The notes beneath the pieces are model-generated. The model saw only the letters and a list, made by a program, of their open reading frames with translations. It had not been told where the DNA came from and did not search any database. This document shows positions 1-15,729 of a stretch of 64,000 bases of DNA, piece after piece. The position numbers and the translations under genes were made by a program. This stretch comes from the human T2T-CHM13v2.0 reference genome, Homo sapiens: the NCBI RefSeq assembly GCF_009914755.1, contig NC_060935.1; one strand, written 5' to 3'. Within the stretch, counting starts at the first letter, position 1. Every line of letters begins with the position of its first letter.

Positions 1-530
1 GTTCATACGTAGCTACTTGATTTTTGACTAGCATGACAAGACAATTCAATGGAGAAATAGTGGTCTCTTCAACAAATGGTGCCAGGACAACTGGATATCT
101 GCATACAAAAGAATGAAGTTAGACCACTACCTCACAGAATATACACAAATTAACTAAAAATGCATAGACCTAGATTTAAGAGCTAACATTACAAAACTCT
201 TAGAAGAAAATACAGGCATAATTATTTCTGGCCTGAATTAGTTAATGGTATATTAGCTATCACACCAAAAGCATATTTAACAAAAGAAAAATCATAGATA
301 AATTGACCAAGGGAAGAAAACTACAGACCAACATGTCTGATGACTACGGATACAAAAATCTTCAAAAAAAAAACTAGCAAACCAAATCTAGCAACATATA
401 AATATGATTATACAACAGGGTCAAGTGAGATTTATTACAGGAATTCAAAGTTAGTTTAACATACCAAAATCAATCAATGCAATATATTTCATTAAAATAA
501 TAAAGGGCAAAAACATGCTCACTAAACAAA
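1..530 (+). mobile_element. Old L1 (L1M-type) ORF2 fragments, two non-colinear pieces
   Basis: Resembles L1 ORF2 (ttcaacaaatggtgc..caactggatatc; aaaactacagacca..caaaaatc), degenerate. Confidence 0.7.
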
Positions 531-2069
531 GTGATGAAAGGAAATAGATTGTAATGGCTGATGATTTTATCTCCTTACTTATCTATCTTCCCTAAATCCT
601 TTCAAAATAGATAATTAATTCCAAAAACAAAAATCTGTAGTTTGGTGTCAACCTAAAACTCTGTCAGGAGCCAAAGGAATGGCTTGTTTGTGGAATTCCT
701 GTAGGATAATATGTGGGGGATCATGGCAGGAAATGAGGCTGTAGAAGTACCTTGAGACCAGATCTTAATGGGGCTTAACTATACCTTATTAAAGAATTTT
801 GAATTTAGTCTATAGATACCAGGGTGCTCTTGCAGGGTTTTTAACAACAGTGTTTCTTGATCAAACTTTTCATTTATATAATTATTTTCATTAGAATATT
901 TCCTGCAGCAAGTTACAGCCCTTCCCCCCTACCCTCAACTCAAACTGCTAAATCAATCAGGAATCATCTCATGATCATAAGACGGCTTAGGCAGCATAAT
1001 TTCCGGTTCACATCCAGCAGGAGAAACTGGCCTTTCTCAGAAGCTACAAGGAGACCTCTCTTTACTTCACTTGGCTTAATTGCCTCAGATCTGCTAATCT
1101 CTGAGTTGAGTAATAGCAAAGGGAATAGGATTACCATGAAGGATTCAGACAAATCATTTGTAGCAGGATAATTTTGAGGGAGTCAACCAGTGTCCTCAGT
1201 CATTCTGGGAGGAAAATAGAGATAGAGATAGGAAAAAGAAGAACAAAGCTAGAGATGAATATAATTAGCTGGTTGCCCCAACAGGCAAGCCAAACAATGA
1301 GTACCTAAACCTAAACAATGAAGAATAAAGAGAAGATGATAAATTTGAAAGATATTTAGGAGGCTTATTAATGTCTTGTATGTTCGTTTCACACTCAATG
1401 TTAAATCTTAGATTAAATAAAATTAGTTTAATAAACTGCTTATCCCTTATTTCTATTTCCCATACTGCTCAATAACTATTGAACATAGCTTTAAATACTA
1501 ACCTGTATTTTACTTGATTAGGAAACTATTTTTTAAATCATGTATTTTCAGTTTTGTGTGTATGCGCTTATACGATATAATATTCTGCTGTGAACTTAAA
1601 AACAAAATAGAAAAACAGAGGTTTACTCAAGAAAAGAATGACACTGTTCCCATTAGAATGGCTTCTACAGTGGCTCCCAAAAATCCTGTAGTATGAGCCA
1701 GATGGCTCTCCGCTCCAATGGTTGTTCTCTTCTGATCTAGAATATGAAGTAGAGTACCCAAGAGGAATCAGGACTCACCAGAGTCCAGTTAAAATCATTT
1801 TAAGAAGAATAATTTAGTTTAATATGTTTGTTGTAGTTCATTGAAACCTCTGGTATCTGATGAGTTATAGGTCTGATATGCCTTTGGCTAGGCCCCCCAG
1901 AACTGAGTAGGTACTGTCTTCTCAGTACACTTTTAACTAACCACATTCCAGGTTTACATATTTGTTCATTTTTTGTTGTTGTTTTGTCTTACTTTAACTC
2001 AATGTCTCAGGATAAGGCTCTTATTTTAGACTGTAATAATGATCAATTTGCTATCTCAATTCATCTCAG

Positions 2070-2308
2070 GCACTTTGCCCTCGGAAATCTCACTGTCGGA
2101 ATCCTTGGAAATCACACCACGCACAACTTCTATTTCTTCATAATTTGCAAAGAACCAGTGTGACTCCAGTCAAGAACAAAAGATTAATTGTGAATTAGCG
2201 AAGAACTCTAATTTTTTCAAGCAGCCACATGGAAAACGCATTCTAATGAAATCCTTTCCATTGCTCTTTTTTCTTAGTTCTTCAATAAAGCATGCGATTT
2301 GATCACAA
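2070..2308 (+). ncRNA. LINC00301: Candidate terminal exon of an upstream lncRNA (LINC00301 by cluster gene order)
   Basis: Unique sequence with acceptor ctcag at 2065-2069, AATAAA at 2284-2289 and a pyrimidine-rich tract downstream. Identity inferred from recalled gene order only. Confidence 0.4.
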
Positions 2309-2529
2309 ATTGACTCTTCCCTTTTTAAAAGCCAGTATGGGTTAACACGGATAAATATAGCCCCTGCAATCCCTGTGGTTGAAGGGATGTAGGAGAGTAG
2401 TGTTGAATGCCCACTTTATCTTAGGTTGGAGGAGATTGGCTTGAATTAAGGAACTCCTTCATCCAAGAGGAGAAAATACTCTGATTTTGGAAGTTGGCAT
2501 AATGTTCATGTGATAATGTCAATACTCTT

Positions 2530-2685
2530 GCTCTCTCTGTACTTTTGTTTTCTCATCTGTAAAACAGAAATAATAGTCTCTAACCCACAGAGTAGATGGG
2601 AGGATTAAATGACAATATATCATTAAAAGAGCTTACAACAGCTCCTAACTCATAGTTGTCCCTCAATAAGTTTTTATTATTTATT
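2530..2685 (+). mobile_element. MIR SINE
   Basis: MIR core ttttctcatctgtaaaa..gaggattaaatga. Confidence 0.7.
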
Positions 2686-2838
2686 ATTTATCAGCTCTTA
2701 TCATTGTATCAGTAGCATAATGATATATGAAGCCAGATTGAATTTTTCTTGTTTTCCAAGAATTGGTGACTAGAACCTCCCTCTGAAAGCAGATGTACTG
2801 AAATGAGGCCACAAAACTACTTAAAATCTTGATGAAAA

Positions 2839-3638
2839 TGTTATGTATTGAGTTGTGTCCCCCTCAAAAAAATATATTGAGGTCCTAATCCCCAGTACTC
2901 AGAATATGACCTAATTTAGAAGTAGGGTCTTTAAATAACCAATCGAATTAAAATGAAGTCATTAGGAGAGAGTCTAATCCAATATCACTGGTTTCCTTAT
3001 AAAAAGAGAAAATTGGGCCAGGCGCAGTGGCTCACGCCTGTAATCCCAACACTTTGGGAGGCCGAGGCAGGTGGATTGCTTGAGGTCAGGAGTTCAAGAC
3101 TAGCCTGACCAACATGGTGAAATCCTGTCTCTACTAAAAATACAAAAATTAGCCGGGCATAGTGGTGCGCACCTGTAATCCCACCTACTCGGGAGGCTGA
3201 GGCAGGAGAATCACTTGAACCCAGGAGGCAGAGATTGTGATGAGACTAGATCGCACCATTGCACTCCAGCCTGGGCGACAGAGTGAGACTCTCATCTCAA
3301 AACAAAGAAAAGGGGAAATTAGACACAGACACAGATATGCACAGAGGGAAAACGATGTGAAGACACACAAAGAGAAAACCATGTAAAGATGAAGGATTGG
3401 GTGATGCATCGACAAGCCAAGAAGTGCCAAAGATTTCTAGCAAATCAGGAGGACGTCAGGAAGGATCCTTCTCCTCCAGGTTTCTGAGGGAGCATGACCC
3501 TGAGAGCACCTTGATTTTGGACTTCCAACCTCCAGAACAGTGAGATAATAAATTTCTCATTTTAACACCTTGTTTTAACCACTCGTTTTAACCACTCGTT
3601 TTAACACCTTGTTACATTAGCTCGGGGAAACTAATGCA
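2839..3638 (+). mobile_element. MLT1-type MaLR LTR, interrupted by an Alu
   Basis: tgttatg..tgtgtccccc start; accttgattttggacttcc..cctccagaac..tgaga..aaatttct 3' part. Confidence 0.75.
3016..3311 (+). mobile_element. AluS
   Basis: Full dimeric Alu with A-tail. Confidence 0.95.
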
Positions 3639-5720
3639 GGTGGCTTTTCACTATAAGGGGCACTAGATTTCCCCCACCCCATGGAACATGTTAGGTGTTT
3701 ATGAAAGCAGGTTATCCTCTCACCTCAGCATTCCACAGTAGGAGTGCAGCATTCGAACGGCTCTACTCTCTGAAGCTCGGGGAGAGAAGAAGCAGCTGTA
3801 AAGTGTGTGGCTGTTTACAGGAAGCATCCCACTCCCCAACGATAGTCTTTGGGACCCAGGTGGGACTTGCTGACCTGATCTAGAAAAGCCAGAGCAAAAG
3901 CCAGCAATGTTAAAAAGAAGGCATGGTATAGGAGCCTGCAGAGAGGGACCATGGACCACTCCTAAAAGTCGGAGCTTGCAAGAGGTAAAAAAGAAAGATA
4001 CCTATCACCACTGCCTGCAGGCCCCAACCCTGGAACACTAGAGGGAAATGAGACTGGAAGCCTCAGGTTACCTGAGAATTGCTGTAGCATGGGGAGCAAG
4101 GCATATGAAAGCACTTCAGCAAAATGCTGCCAATGGAGGGTCAGTACGAAGGTGTAGCCAAATTACCAAAGAAGCACTAATGCCTAGGAGAGAGCTTCTC
4201 AGAATTGAGTGGCTCTTAACTGTGGCCAGTAGAAGCTTCCACATACCTGCCTAGGTTAGGAATATAATCCACAGAAAGAGAACTATATTCTGACATGGGA
4301 GCTCATTTAATTTCATTTAATTTTTTTAAAATAAAGGTTTTTTTATATGTATAAAATTTGTCATTTTATAGGCATATTTTAAATGTGGATATTTTAATTT
4401 ATATCATAATTGTATAATTTATATGCATATTTTAAATGTGCATATTTTGTAACATAATTTTTAAAGCCTCTGCTGTGAACATTACATATTGAATGTATAT
4501 GTTTGGGTTGTCTGTTGTTTTTCAGTCTTATTCTGATGTTATCTCCAGGAGTCCACCATACAATTTCTCCAGAGCCTCTGTTACATCTATCTTCTTCCAA
4601 TCCATCCTTGATACACTTTTAAAGATAACAGCACCCAAGATCATGTTAAGTACTAGAGACTGAACATATATCTCTACAGATAGTGGGATCTCTCATAGTT
4701 CAAACTTTGTGTGGGATAGTTTTCTAATTCCCCATTCCATGTAATAACAAAAGAAATTAATACTGTATTTGCCCTGGTTAATTATGAGACTATTTCTCAC
4801 TTTTTCTACTTCAGCACTCTGTAATTGGCCTCAGCCTGTTCTGCCTACACAGATTAACATTATATCCTCCTTCCTCCTATATTAGATGAATAAGTCTGTT
4901 CTTTTATTATCTCATTCTATTCTTTATTATTTATAATAGTAATTCCCATTAATACCTCTGCTCTTTCTTTTTTATATATTTTTTGTACATATGACTTCTG
5001 ATCTTTTTCTCTTACATACAAAGTATTATTATAAAAATGTACAGGCATATCTAATTATTATGTATTTCAGTATATTCAGGTCTGACATTTTATATAATAA
5101 AATGGATATTTTATAATAAATTTACTTGCCCTTTATATTACAGTTAAGCATTATATTGATCTCTTAAATTATGTAGATCTCATTATTTGTAGTTTGTATC
5201 TCAGGATATGAAAAATATTAACTCTACATTTATTTTACTGAGAAATTTTTAAACCATCTAGATTTTGACTAAAAGTCTTAGTACAGACTTTTAATTCCAT
5301 CCAATGTGAAATAACTGATATCAGATATACTGAAACTAGCTACAAAAACTGGGGAAAATGCATAAAACATCAATTTTTAGGCACTGTACAAAAACCAACA
5401 GAAGGTTTCCATTCTTTGGAAATGGGAAACATACAAGGTGAGCCCCCACATTCACCCAGACTTCCCCTTGGGAACATTTTCCAGGCCATGTGGTAGGAAC
5501 GTAGAACCCAAATAGTTACAGTGGTCTTGCTGGATGGAAGCAGAGATTAAGTTTGAAACTGCTAAAGTAGCTGGAATTCGATGGGCATACCTACAGAGAT
5601 AGGGAAGCTACTGAACAGATACCTCAGAAGTCTACAAAGAAATTTTCCTTAGGTCCTTAGCTGAATCCTGGCCATATCCTTTAATACAACTTCAGAAGGC
5701 CTAACAGAAAGTAAATTCCT

Positions 5721-6034
5721 GGCCGGGTGTGGTGGCTCACGCCTGTAATCACAGCACTTTGTAAGGGAGGCCGAAGAGGGCAGATCACTTGAGGTCAGGG
5801 GTTTGAGACCAGCCTGGCCAACATAGTAAAACCCCATCTCTACTAAAAACACAAAAATTACTCAGGCATGGTGGTGGGCGCCTGTAGTCCCAGCTACTCA
5901 GGTGGCTGAGGCAGAAGAATCACTTGAAACAGGAGACGGAGGTTGCAGTGAGCCGAGATCCTGCCACTGCAGACCAGCCTGGGTGACAGAGCAAGACCCT
6001 GTCTTAAAAAAAAAAAAAAAAAAGAAAAAAAAAA
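5721..6034 (+). mobile_element. AluS
   Basis: Full Alu; TSD-like aagtaaattcc on both sides. Confidence 0.95.
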
Positions 6035-7950
6035 GGAAGTAAATTCCAGGGAGACTGAGAGCTGAGCATGGATTCTTGATCCTACACAGTGTGGTGAGTG
6101 GTGAAGTGCAGGCGCAGCCAAAAGAGAGAAACCTTCTTGATCATCCCTGACATTCAAAGGATACTCCAGAGATGCTACAGCTTCTAATTAAGAACGATGA
6201 ACTAGGAGTACAGGCTACACCTTGGAATAAGAAAAAGGGAGAAAAAGACGCACCCTAACAAAGCCTAAAATCAGGATGCAAGATGATCTGCAAAAATGTA
6301 ATTGCTGGTGTGCCTCCTCCAAGGAGAGGAAAGAGAATAGTACCCAGATCCTCACATTTTGAACAGATCATCTAGGAAAGAACACTTGGATACAGCAGAG
6401 AACAGACGAGAAACACCAGCAGTAAGAAAGGACATGGTGTGAGGAAGCTTGCCCAGCCAGGAACTGACCAAGAGCCAAGAGAGGCTCCTGGACCTAGGGA
6501 AACAGGAAGAGAGAAACCCCTAGAACTCCAAAATGGGCTTTTATGATCTTGGCTATGGGAGAAACCCTGTAGTGGATTCACGACAGCATCAGGCCTGGCA
6601 TATGGAGCTTCCTAAAGATTGCACAGAGATGTTGCCCCAGAAAGGGAACCCACACAGAATCCCACAAGCTTCAGCACCCAGAGCAGCCTCAGCTGGGAGC
6701 CATTTTGAGAGCCTGGATACCGGGTATCTACAGACACAGCTGCTGCCACTGAGCAGCTCCAAGGAGGGAGAGGGAAGAACAGGTGCTCCCATGCACCAAT
6801 GAGAGGGTACCTGCCGCCCTGCTATGGGCTGCAGTTGAGACTGAGACATAAATGAGCCACGTTCCCCACAGCTTCTTGCTCACACTGCTTGCCTGGGAGA
6901 TGCCCCACCGTCTCTGGTCTAAACCCCAAGGCACCATCTTAAGAGTTGAGTGCTGGACTGTGCCCTGCCCTTGGGCTGAGGTCAAACTAACACAATTACA
7001 GCTGCTGCCTAGCCAAGGAGTGACGGGGAAACCAGGCTATCTCATGCAAATATAGGACAATACCCACTGATCTGCAACAGGCTGCTGTGAGACTGAGACG
7101 TGAGGGGATGACACTCCCCACAGCTTCTTACATATGCTTCTTGCCTAGGAGGGACCCCACCCTCCCTGGCCACAGGCCTAAGGTGCCATTTTGAGAGTTT
7201 AATGCTGGGCTATGCCCCACGGTCAGGCCAAATTCAAGTTGACATGGCTGCAACTACTGCCCAGTCAAGGAGGGATAGGGCAGCCAGGCTTTCCGACGCA
7301 TACCTAGGACAATATTCAATGCCCTGCCATAGGCTGCTGCAAGACCAACACTCAAGCGAACCACACTTCTCACAGAGTCTTGCCCATACTGTTCGCCTGA
7401 GAAGGGCCTGACCCTCTCTGGTCACAAGCCCACAGCTGGCACTATTTTGAGAGTTTAACACTAAGCTGTGCCCCACCCTTGGGCCAAGGTCAAGGTGACA
7501 CAACAGCAGTCGCCACCCAACTGAGAGAGAGACAAGGAAGACCAAGGTCTCCAAAGCACACTTAGAACAATACCCACTGCCCTGCTAAAGGCAGCTGTGG
7601 GACCAGGGAGTAACCCACCCAATCCATTGCAGCTTCCAGCAACACCAACACAGATGGCATGGGTCACTGTGGTTTCCTCCACCACTGCTACTGCCACACC
7701 ACGCCAGCTTCCCAGGGGCCTGAGACTCCACCCACACACCAGGCCCACTGCTCCCACTGCCCACTTCTAAGCAAGCAGCTTGGAGGCCCAAGAATGAGCC
7801 CTCTAGGACCGCTAACACAAGGGCCAGTATAAGCCACTCTGGAGCCTTAAAACAGGCTCGCTCACCCCAATGCTGCCACTACTCGGGCCCAAAGACTGGC
7901 TCAGTTGGTGTATTAGTTTGTTCTCACACTGCTATAGAGAAATACCTGAT

Positions 7951-8522
<572 letters not shown>

Positions 8523-9275
8523 TTAATTGCCTGGTGGTTCCACGGACTGTACAGGAAGCATGGCAGCATATGCTTCTGCAGAGGCCTCAGGGAGCTTTTC
8601 CTCATGACAGAAGGCAACATGGGAACAGGCATCTTACATGGTAGGAGCAGAACCGAGGCGGGGGGGTGCCCCACACTTTTAAACAACCAGATATCACACA
8701 AACTCACTCACTATTGTGACACAGTACCAAGGGGAAAATCTGCTCCTGTGATTCAATCGCCTGTCACCAGGCCCCACCTCCAACACTGGGGATTGCAATT
8801 CAACATGAGATTTGGGCAGGGACACAGACCAAAACCACATCAGTTGGCATCTAAGTCCCCAGCTAAAAGTCACCACAACCTTAACTGTACCATAAGTCAC
8901 CAAGGCAATCCCAGAGACCACTGACTTTGTGTACTGCGAAAGAAGTCAAACAAAGATCACACTACTGCCAGCATGCAAAATCAAAGTCGAAGTATCTTAA
9001 TCAACAACACGTACACAACCTCAGAAAAAAAAAAAAAATTCCCCTACCAAAGCAATTTCAAAAAATTGGAACAAGCAACTGCTACACTAGATGCAAAGAC
9101 ATCAATGGAAAAACACAGGAAGCATGAAAAAGCAGGGAAATGGGATATCATCAAAGGACCATAATTGTCCAGCAACAGATTCCAACAAAATGAATCCCTT
9201 GAAATGCCAGATAAATAATTTAAAATATTGATTTTTAAAGAAGCTTAATGAGATGCAAAGGATATCTGAAAATCA

Positions 9276-9425
9276 GGCCAGGCATAGTGTCTCGTGCCTG
9301 TAATCCCACTGTAATCCCAGCACTTTGGGAGGCCATGGCAGGTAGATCACATGAGGCCAGGAGTTCAAGACCAGCCTGGGCACCATACTGAAACCCTGTC
9401 TTTCTACTAAAAATACAAAAAAAAA
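9276..9425 (+). mobile_element. Alu left-monomer fragment
   Basis: Ends at the ctactaaaaatacaaaa linker. Confidence 0.85.
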
Positions 9426-9653
9426 TGTAAGCTAATACAAGAAAATCAGTAAATCAATTCAGAAAATGAAAGAAAATAAAATCTCAGTACCTGAAGACAT
9501 GTCTTTTGAAGTAATTCAGCCAGACAAAAATAAGGAAAAAAGAATTACAAAGGATAAACAAAGCCTTTAAGATATCTGAGATGATATAAAACAACCAAAC
9601 TTACAAATTATCAGTACACCCAAGGGGGTAGAGAGATTCAAAAGTTTAGAAAT

Positions 9654-9971
<318 letters not shown>

Positions 9972-10952
9972 TCAATAAAAATGTCCCAAGAATATCAAGA
10001 GAGTTAGACATAAAGATACAGGAAGTCCAGTGATACCCAGGCAAACACATTGCAAAAAGGATCTCACCATGGCAATATTATATTCAGAATGTCTAAAGTC
10101 AATGAGAAAGAAAGAATTTTGTCAGTAACAATACAAAAGTTTCTAGTCACCTATAAAGAAAACTCCATTAGACTAACAGCAGACTTTTCAGCAGAAATCT
10201 TACAGGCCAGAAGAGAAGGGAATGGTATTTTCAAAGTGCTTGAACAAAAGAACTATCAGCCAAGAATTTTGTGTCCTGCCAAAATAGGTTTCATAAATAA
10301 AGTCCTTTCCAGGCAAGCAAACACTGAGGGAATTTGTCACCCCTACAAATGGTCACCCTACAGGAAATGCTCAAAGAGGTCTTAAACATGTGAATGAAAA
10401 GTCAATATCCATCATCATTAAAACCCATGGAAATATAAAACTTACAGTTTGTATAAAACAATCACACAAAGGAGGAAAAGAAAGGAATCAAATGGCAACA
10501 TGACAAAATTTTACTAAACCACAAAGACAAAAAGACAGAAACAAAGAATCTATAACTTGAAATCGATCAACAATATGACAGGAACAAAGCTTCACATATC
10601 AATATTAACCCCGAAAGTAAATGGACTAAATGCTCCACTGAAAAGATGCAGATTGGCAGAATGGGTTTAAAAAATAATCCAAGTATATGCTGCCTACAAG
10701 AAACTCACCTTACCCACAAAAACACATATAGGTTGAAAGTAAAGAGGTGGAAAAGATATTCCAAGCAAACAGAAATAAAAGCAAGCAGGAGTAGTTATCC
10801 TTATGTCAGATAAAATAGACTTTAAATCAAAAACAGTAAGAAAGAACACAGAAGGGCATTACATAGTGATAAAGTGATCAAGAAGATGTAACAATCCTAA
10901 ATATATATGCACCCAACATTGGAGCACCCAAATTTACAAAACAAATATTACT

Positions 10953-11209
10953 GCAGAAAACCAAATACCACATGTTCTCACTTATAAGTGGGAGCTAAAT
11001 GATGAAAACTCATCAACACAAAGGGAACAATAGACACTGAGATCTATTTGAGGGTGAAGGGTAGGACGAGGAAGAGGAGCAGTAACATAACTATTGGGTA
11101 CTGGGCTTAATACCTGGGTGATGAAATAATCTGTACAATGAACCCCCATGACATAAGTTTACCTATGTAATAAACCTTCATGTGTACCCCCAAACCTAAA
11201 AAAACACAC
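10953..11209 (+). mobile_element. 5'-truncated L1PA 3' end nested in the older L1
   Basis: catgttctcacttataagtgggagctaa motif; 12-bp TSD acaaatattact at 10941-10952 and 11210-11221. Confidence 0.85.
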
Positions 11210-11326
11210 ACAAATATTACTACACCTAAAGAAAGAGAAAGACGAGAAAGGCAGCAACACAATAATAGTGGGGGACTTAACCACCCCACTTGCAGCACTA
11301 GACAGATCATAGGGAGAAAAAATTAA

Positions 11327-11632
<306 letters not shown>

Positions 11633-13039
11633 CAGAATATGCATTATTTTTATCAGCACATGGACCATTCCCCAAGATAGACTACATGTTAGGCCACAAA
11701 ACTAGCCTTAAGAAATTTTTAAAAATTGAAATCATGTCAACTATCTTCTCAGATGACAATGCAATAAAGGTAAAAATCAGTACCAAGAGAAATTTCAGAA
11801 AGTATACAAATACATGGAAACTAAACAGCATGCTCCTGAACAATCACTGGGTCAATGAAGAAATTAAGACAGAAATTTAAAATTTTTATGAAATGAAAAG
11901 AAAAACACATCTTACCAAAACCTGTGGGATACAGTGAAAGTAGTTCTATGAGGGAAATTTATAGCATTAAATGCCTACATCAAAAAAAGCAGAAAGATGA
12001 CAAATTAACAGCTTAATATTGTATCTCAAGGATGTAGAGAAACAAGGAGAAATCAAACCCGAAATTGGCAGAAGAAAAAAAAAAAGATCAAGGCAGGACT
12101 AAATAAATCAGAAATGAAAAAAGAATAAAAAGGATCAACGAAATGAAAAGTTTGTTCCTTGAAAAGATAAAATTGATAAACCACTAGCTAGACTAATAAA
12201 AGGGAGAGAAGATTCAAATAAACACAATCAGAATTGAAAATGAAGACATTACAATTGATACCACAGCAATACAAAAGGCTCTGACATAAGGATTTGGGTG
12301 CTTACTTGGGAAGTGACCCAAGACTCACTGTGAAAAAAAATGGAAAAGTGATACCAAAAAAAGGAAGAAAGTCAATAGACTATGTATTAATGAATGAGTT
12401 CTGTTATAGGGAACTGGTGCTTAATCCTGTTGGAGACTCTCTAAGAGACAGTTGAAACACACTTCAAAATTATTTCTCTTAGGGGACAGAGAAGCTAGGG
12501 TAGTTATCCAGCATATGCACGTTACACTGGATAGGAAAAATTCTTGTGGGATTAACTTCCCAGCACCTATGGCCTGCCCCATACCTATGCATCCTCGGAA
12601 AAGAAAGGAGTTGTCCATAGATGTGGAGACTGGCTGAAGATGCAGCATCAATACAGCATTTGCTGCAGAGTTTGCTCAGAGTTTGAGGCTGCAGTGAGCT
12701 ATGATCACGTTACTGTACTCTAGCTTGAGCAAGACCCTGTCTCAAGACCTCCAGAGTGGATCAAGGGGATATAGATGCTGCATCAACAGCATTTGCTGAA
12801 GTAGGTTTGGACAATAATAATCTCCCTTGTATGTCTCCGGTCCCTTCTAGAAAGTTGGCACCACTTCTATAAACTCAATTAAAAGGTGACAAATTTCATC
12901 TTCTACAATATCTGGTTAAACCTGGTCCTGAATGTCCCACGTGCACTAGGGCTTAGCCACCTATATGTCCTCATTCAGATGCCTCTTATTATTTCTGTCA
13001 ATACAGTTTGGTTCATGTTATTCGTCTTTACAAAAAGCT

Positions 13040-13760
13040 ATTGAGTTACTTTATAGAGTTAGACAAATGCTAAAGTTCATTTGGAAAAACAAACATGCAA
13101 GAATAGCCATAAAATATAATGAAAAAGGAAAAATTACACAGGAGACTAACCCTACAGGACATTGAAGTACACTGGAAAGCCTCTATAATTAAAACATTGT
13201 TGAAATAACACATGAATAGACAAATAGACCAATAGAAAGTAAAAGAAAGACCAGAATTAGAACCAAATGCATATAGAAATTTAGGCTGTGACAAAGGTGG
13301 CATTTCAAATGCCGCTGAAGAGAAGATGAGCTATTTAATAAATTGCCCTGGGGCAGCCAGGTAGACTTTTGGAAAAATTTAAAATTAGACCCACATCTCA
13401 TAGCATTCACAAAAAAATACATTTTACATGTATTAAGAATCAAAATGTAAAAAGTAAAACAATACAAGTATTAGAAGAAAACACAGCTAAATTCCTGTTT
13501 AATCTTAGTGTTAGGAAAGGCTTTCAAACAATGACTCAAATGCATAGGTAATAAAAGATAAGACTGATAAATTTTACTACAAAAATTTTTAAAATTTTTC
13601 TTGACAGAAAACCACCCTAAACAAAATCAAAAGACACTGTCAAAATTGGAGAATATACCAAAGACAAAGACCTAAAATCCCTAGTATGTAAAGAACTCTT
13701 TAAAAATTAAGGGACAAAGGTCCAGGAATCTGATAGAAAAAATGGGTAAAGAAGTAAAAT
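13040..13760 (+). mobile_element. L1M ORF2 fragment
   Basis: ORFs 12965 and 13369 are ORF2-like (LKFIWKNK.ARIA; IQVLEEN). Confidence 0.7.
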
Positions 13761-13762
13761 TT

Positions 13763-14055
13763 GGGTTAGGCATGGTGGCTCACTCCTGTAATCCCTGCAC
13801 TTTGGGAGGCCGAGGCAGGAGAATCATTTGAGGCCAGGAATTGAAGACCAGCCTGGGCAGCATAGTGAAATCCTGTCTCTACAAAAAATTTTAAGATTTA
13901 GCTGGCCACAGTAGTGCGTGCCTGCAGTCCCAGCTATTCAGGAGGCTGAGGCAGGTGGATTGCTTGAGCCTGGGAGTTTGAGGCTGCAGTGAACTATCAC
14001 TGCACTCCAGCCTGAGCAAGACCCTGTCTCTAAAAAATACAAACAACAACAAAAA
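13763..14055 (+). mobile_element. AluJ
   Basis: Diverged full Alu. Confidence 0.9.
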
Positions 14056-14699
14056 AGTGAAGTCTGACTCCAGCTACCTTTTCATCTTTTTTACATTCAA
14101 TGTCCTTCACTGTGAGCCATTCCCAACATATCTCTACCTTCTCTTCCCCAAGACTTTTCCCTTTCCATACCCTCAACGGTGTTCTTTTTGTTTTGACCAT
14201 CTTACAATGTTCTAGCCATCCCATCAACTTCATTTGTTCTTCATTGTTCACCTTCTTCAACGGTAAATCTGTCATGGACTATTACATGCAGCTGTTTTTG
14301 TACTGTGCAATTCACACGATGTATGTCATAGATATGTGGAATGCCCTCCCATGGATGGCTTCTGATTTTCTATTGGCTCTGACTTGGATGAAAATAGATC
14401 TAAGTTGATTACAAGTCTCATTTCACTCGCTGTGATTCTATCCCTTTCTGGACTGCAGTTTATTGATTTCATATGCCACCTTCTGTTTGAAGTCTTCCCT
14501 AATCTCTTCAAGTCCAACAAATCATTTTCTCCTCTGTTCTCCTGTGGGGACATTTATCTCTCTTCTGTGGTGTTTATTTCATCCTGTCTCATGTTACAGC
14601 TAAATACAGCACACCCTGGGTGCCCAGTTCATTTCTGTGTCTCCCAGAGCAACCAGCCCAACCCTTTCTTCTCCATGGAGATTATACCATAGACTCTTG

Positions 14700-14936
14700 T
14701 CAAATCAAACCATATTTAACTGGCTCATTAACCAAAACAGGAAATAAATACGAATGAAACTGAGCTCTAAGCAGCATGTAACCTGGCCTGCATCCAGGAA
14801 ATAGAGGACTTCGGATCCTTCTAACCCTACCACCCAACTGGCCCCAGTACATTCATTCTCTCAGGAAAAAAAACAAGGTCCCCACAGCAAAGAAAAGGAA
14901 TAGGATCAAGAGATACGTGGCTGCTGGCAGAGCAAG
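14700..14936 (+). promoter_or_regulatory. MS4A8: MS4A8 core promoter and non-coding exon 1 (TSS approximately 14735-14750)
   Basis: TATA-like TATTTAA at 14713-14719; strong donor AAG|GTGAGT at 14936/14937; the next acceptor lies 1 nt before the ATG, so an upstream UTR exon is required. Confidence 0.75.
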
Positions 14937-15412
14937 GTGAGTCTGCTTAATCTGGTGGTTGGTAACTGGGAGTTGGTGATAAGGTTTTTCTACCAAGTGA
15001 GACTTACGGCGAACCAGTGTGGATGAGGGATAGACAGAGTGTATTGTACTAGCTTTATTGAGTCTGCTCCAAGAGAAAGAAAGAGAAAGATAGGACATGG
15101 AGGGGGATGGGAGAAACAAAAAGAAAAAGAATTTTTAAAACCACATTAGAATGTATAAGTAGCCTAGAAAATTGAGCAGTGGAAGCCACCCAATGAACAG
15201 ACACTGCCTTGGCAATGGGGCTTCCCTTGAGAAGGATAATCTCCATTTAACTAATATTGACATACCTGGGACCTTGGAGGATTCTTGTCCACTCTCTCAC
15301 CCTGTTTCCTTTTCCAGAAAATGAGAGAATTGAACTCAATGTTGTCCAAGAGATTTTCTAGTTCTGAACTTTTGCTTTCAGCCAGTACTAACATATGCAA
15401 AGCAGCACTCTA

Positions 15413-15729
<317 letters not shown>

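Noticed and set aside
857-1171. 104-aa ORF near the left edge
   Set aside because: TTG start and no recognisable homology; may overlap a lncRNA exon, but coding is unsupported
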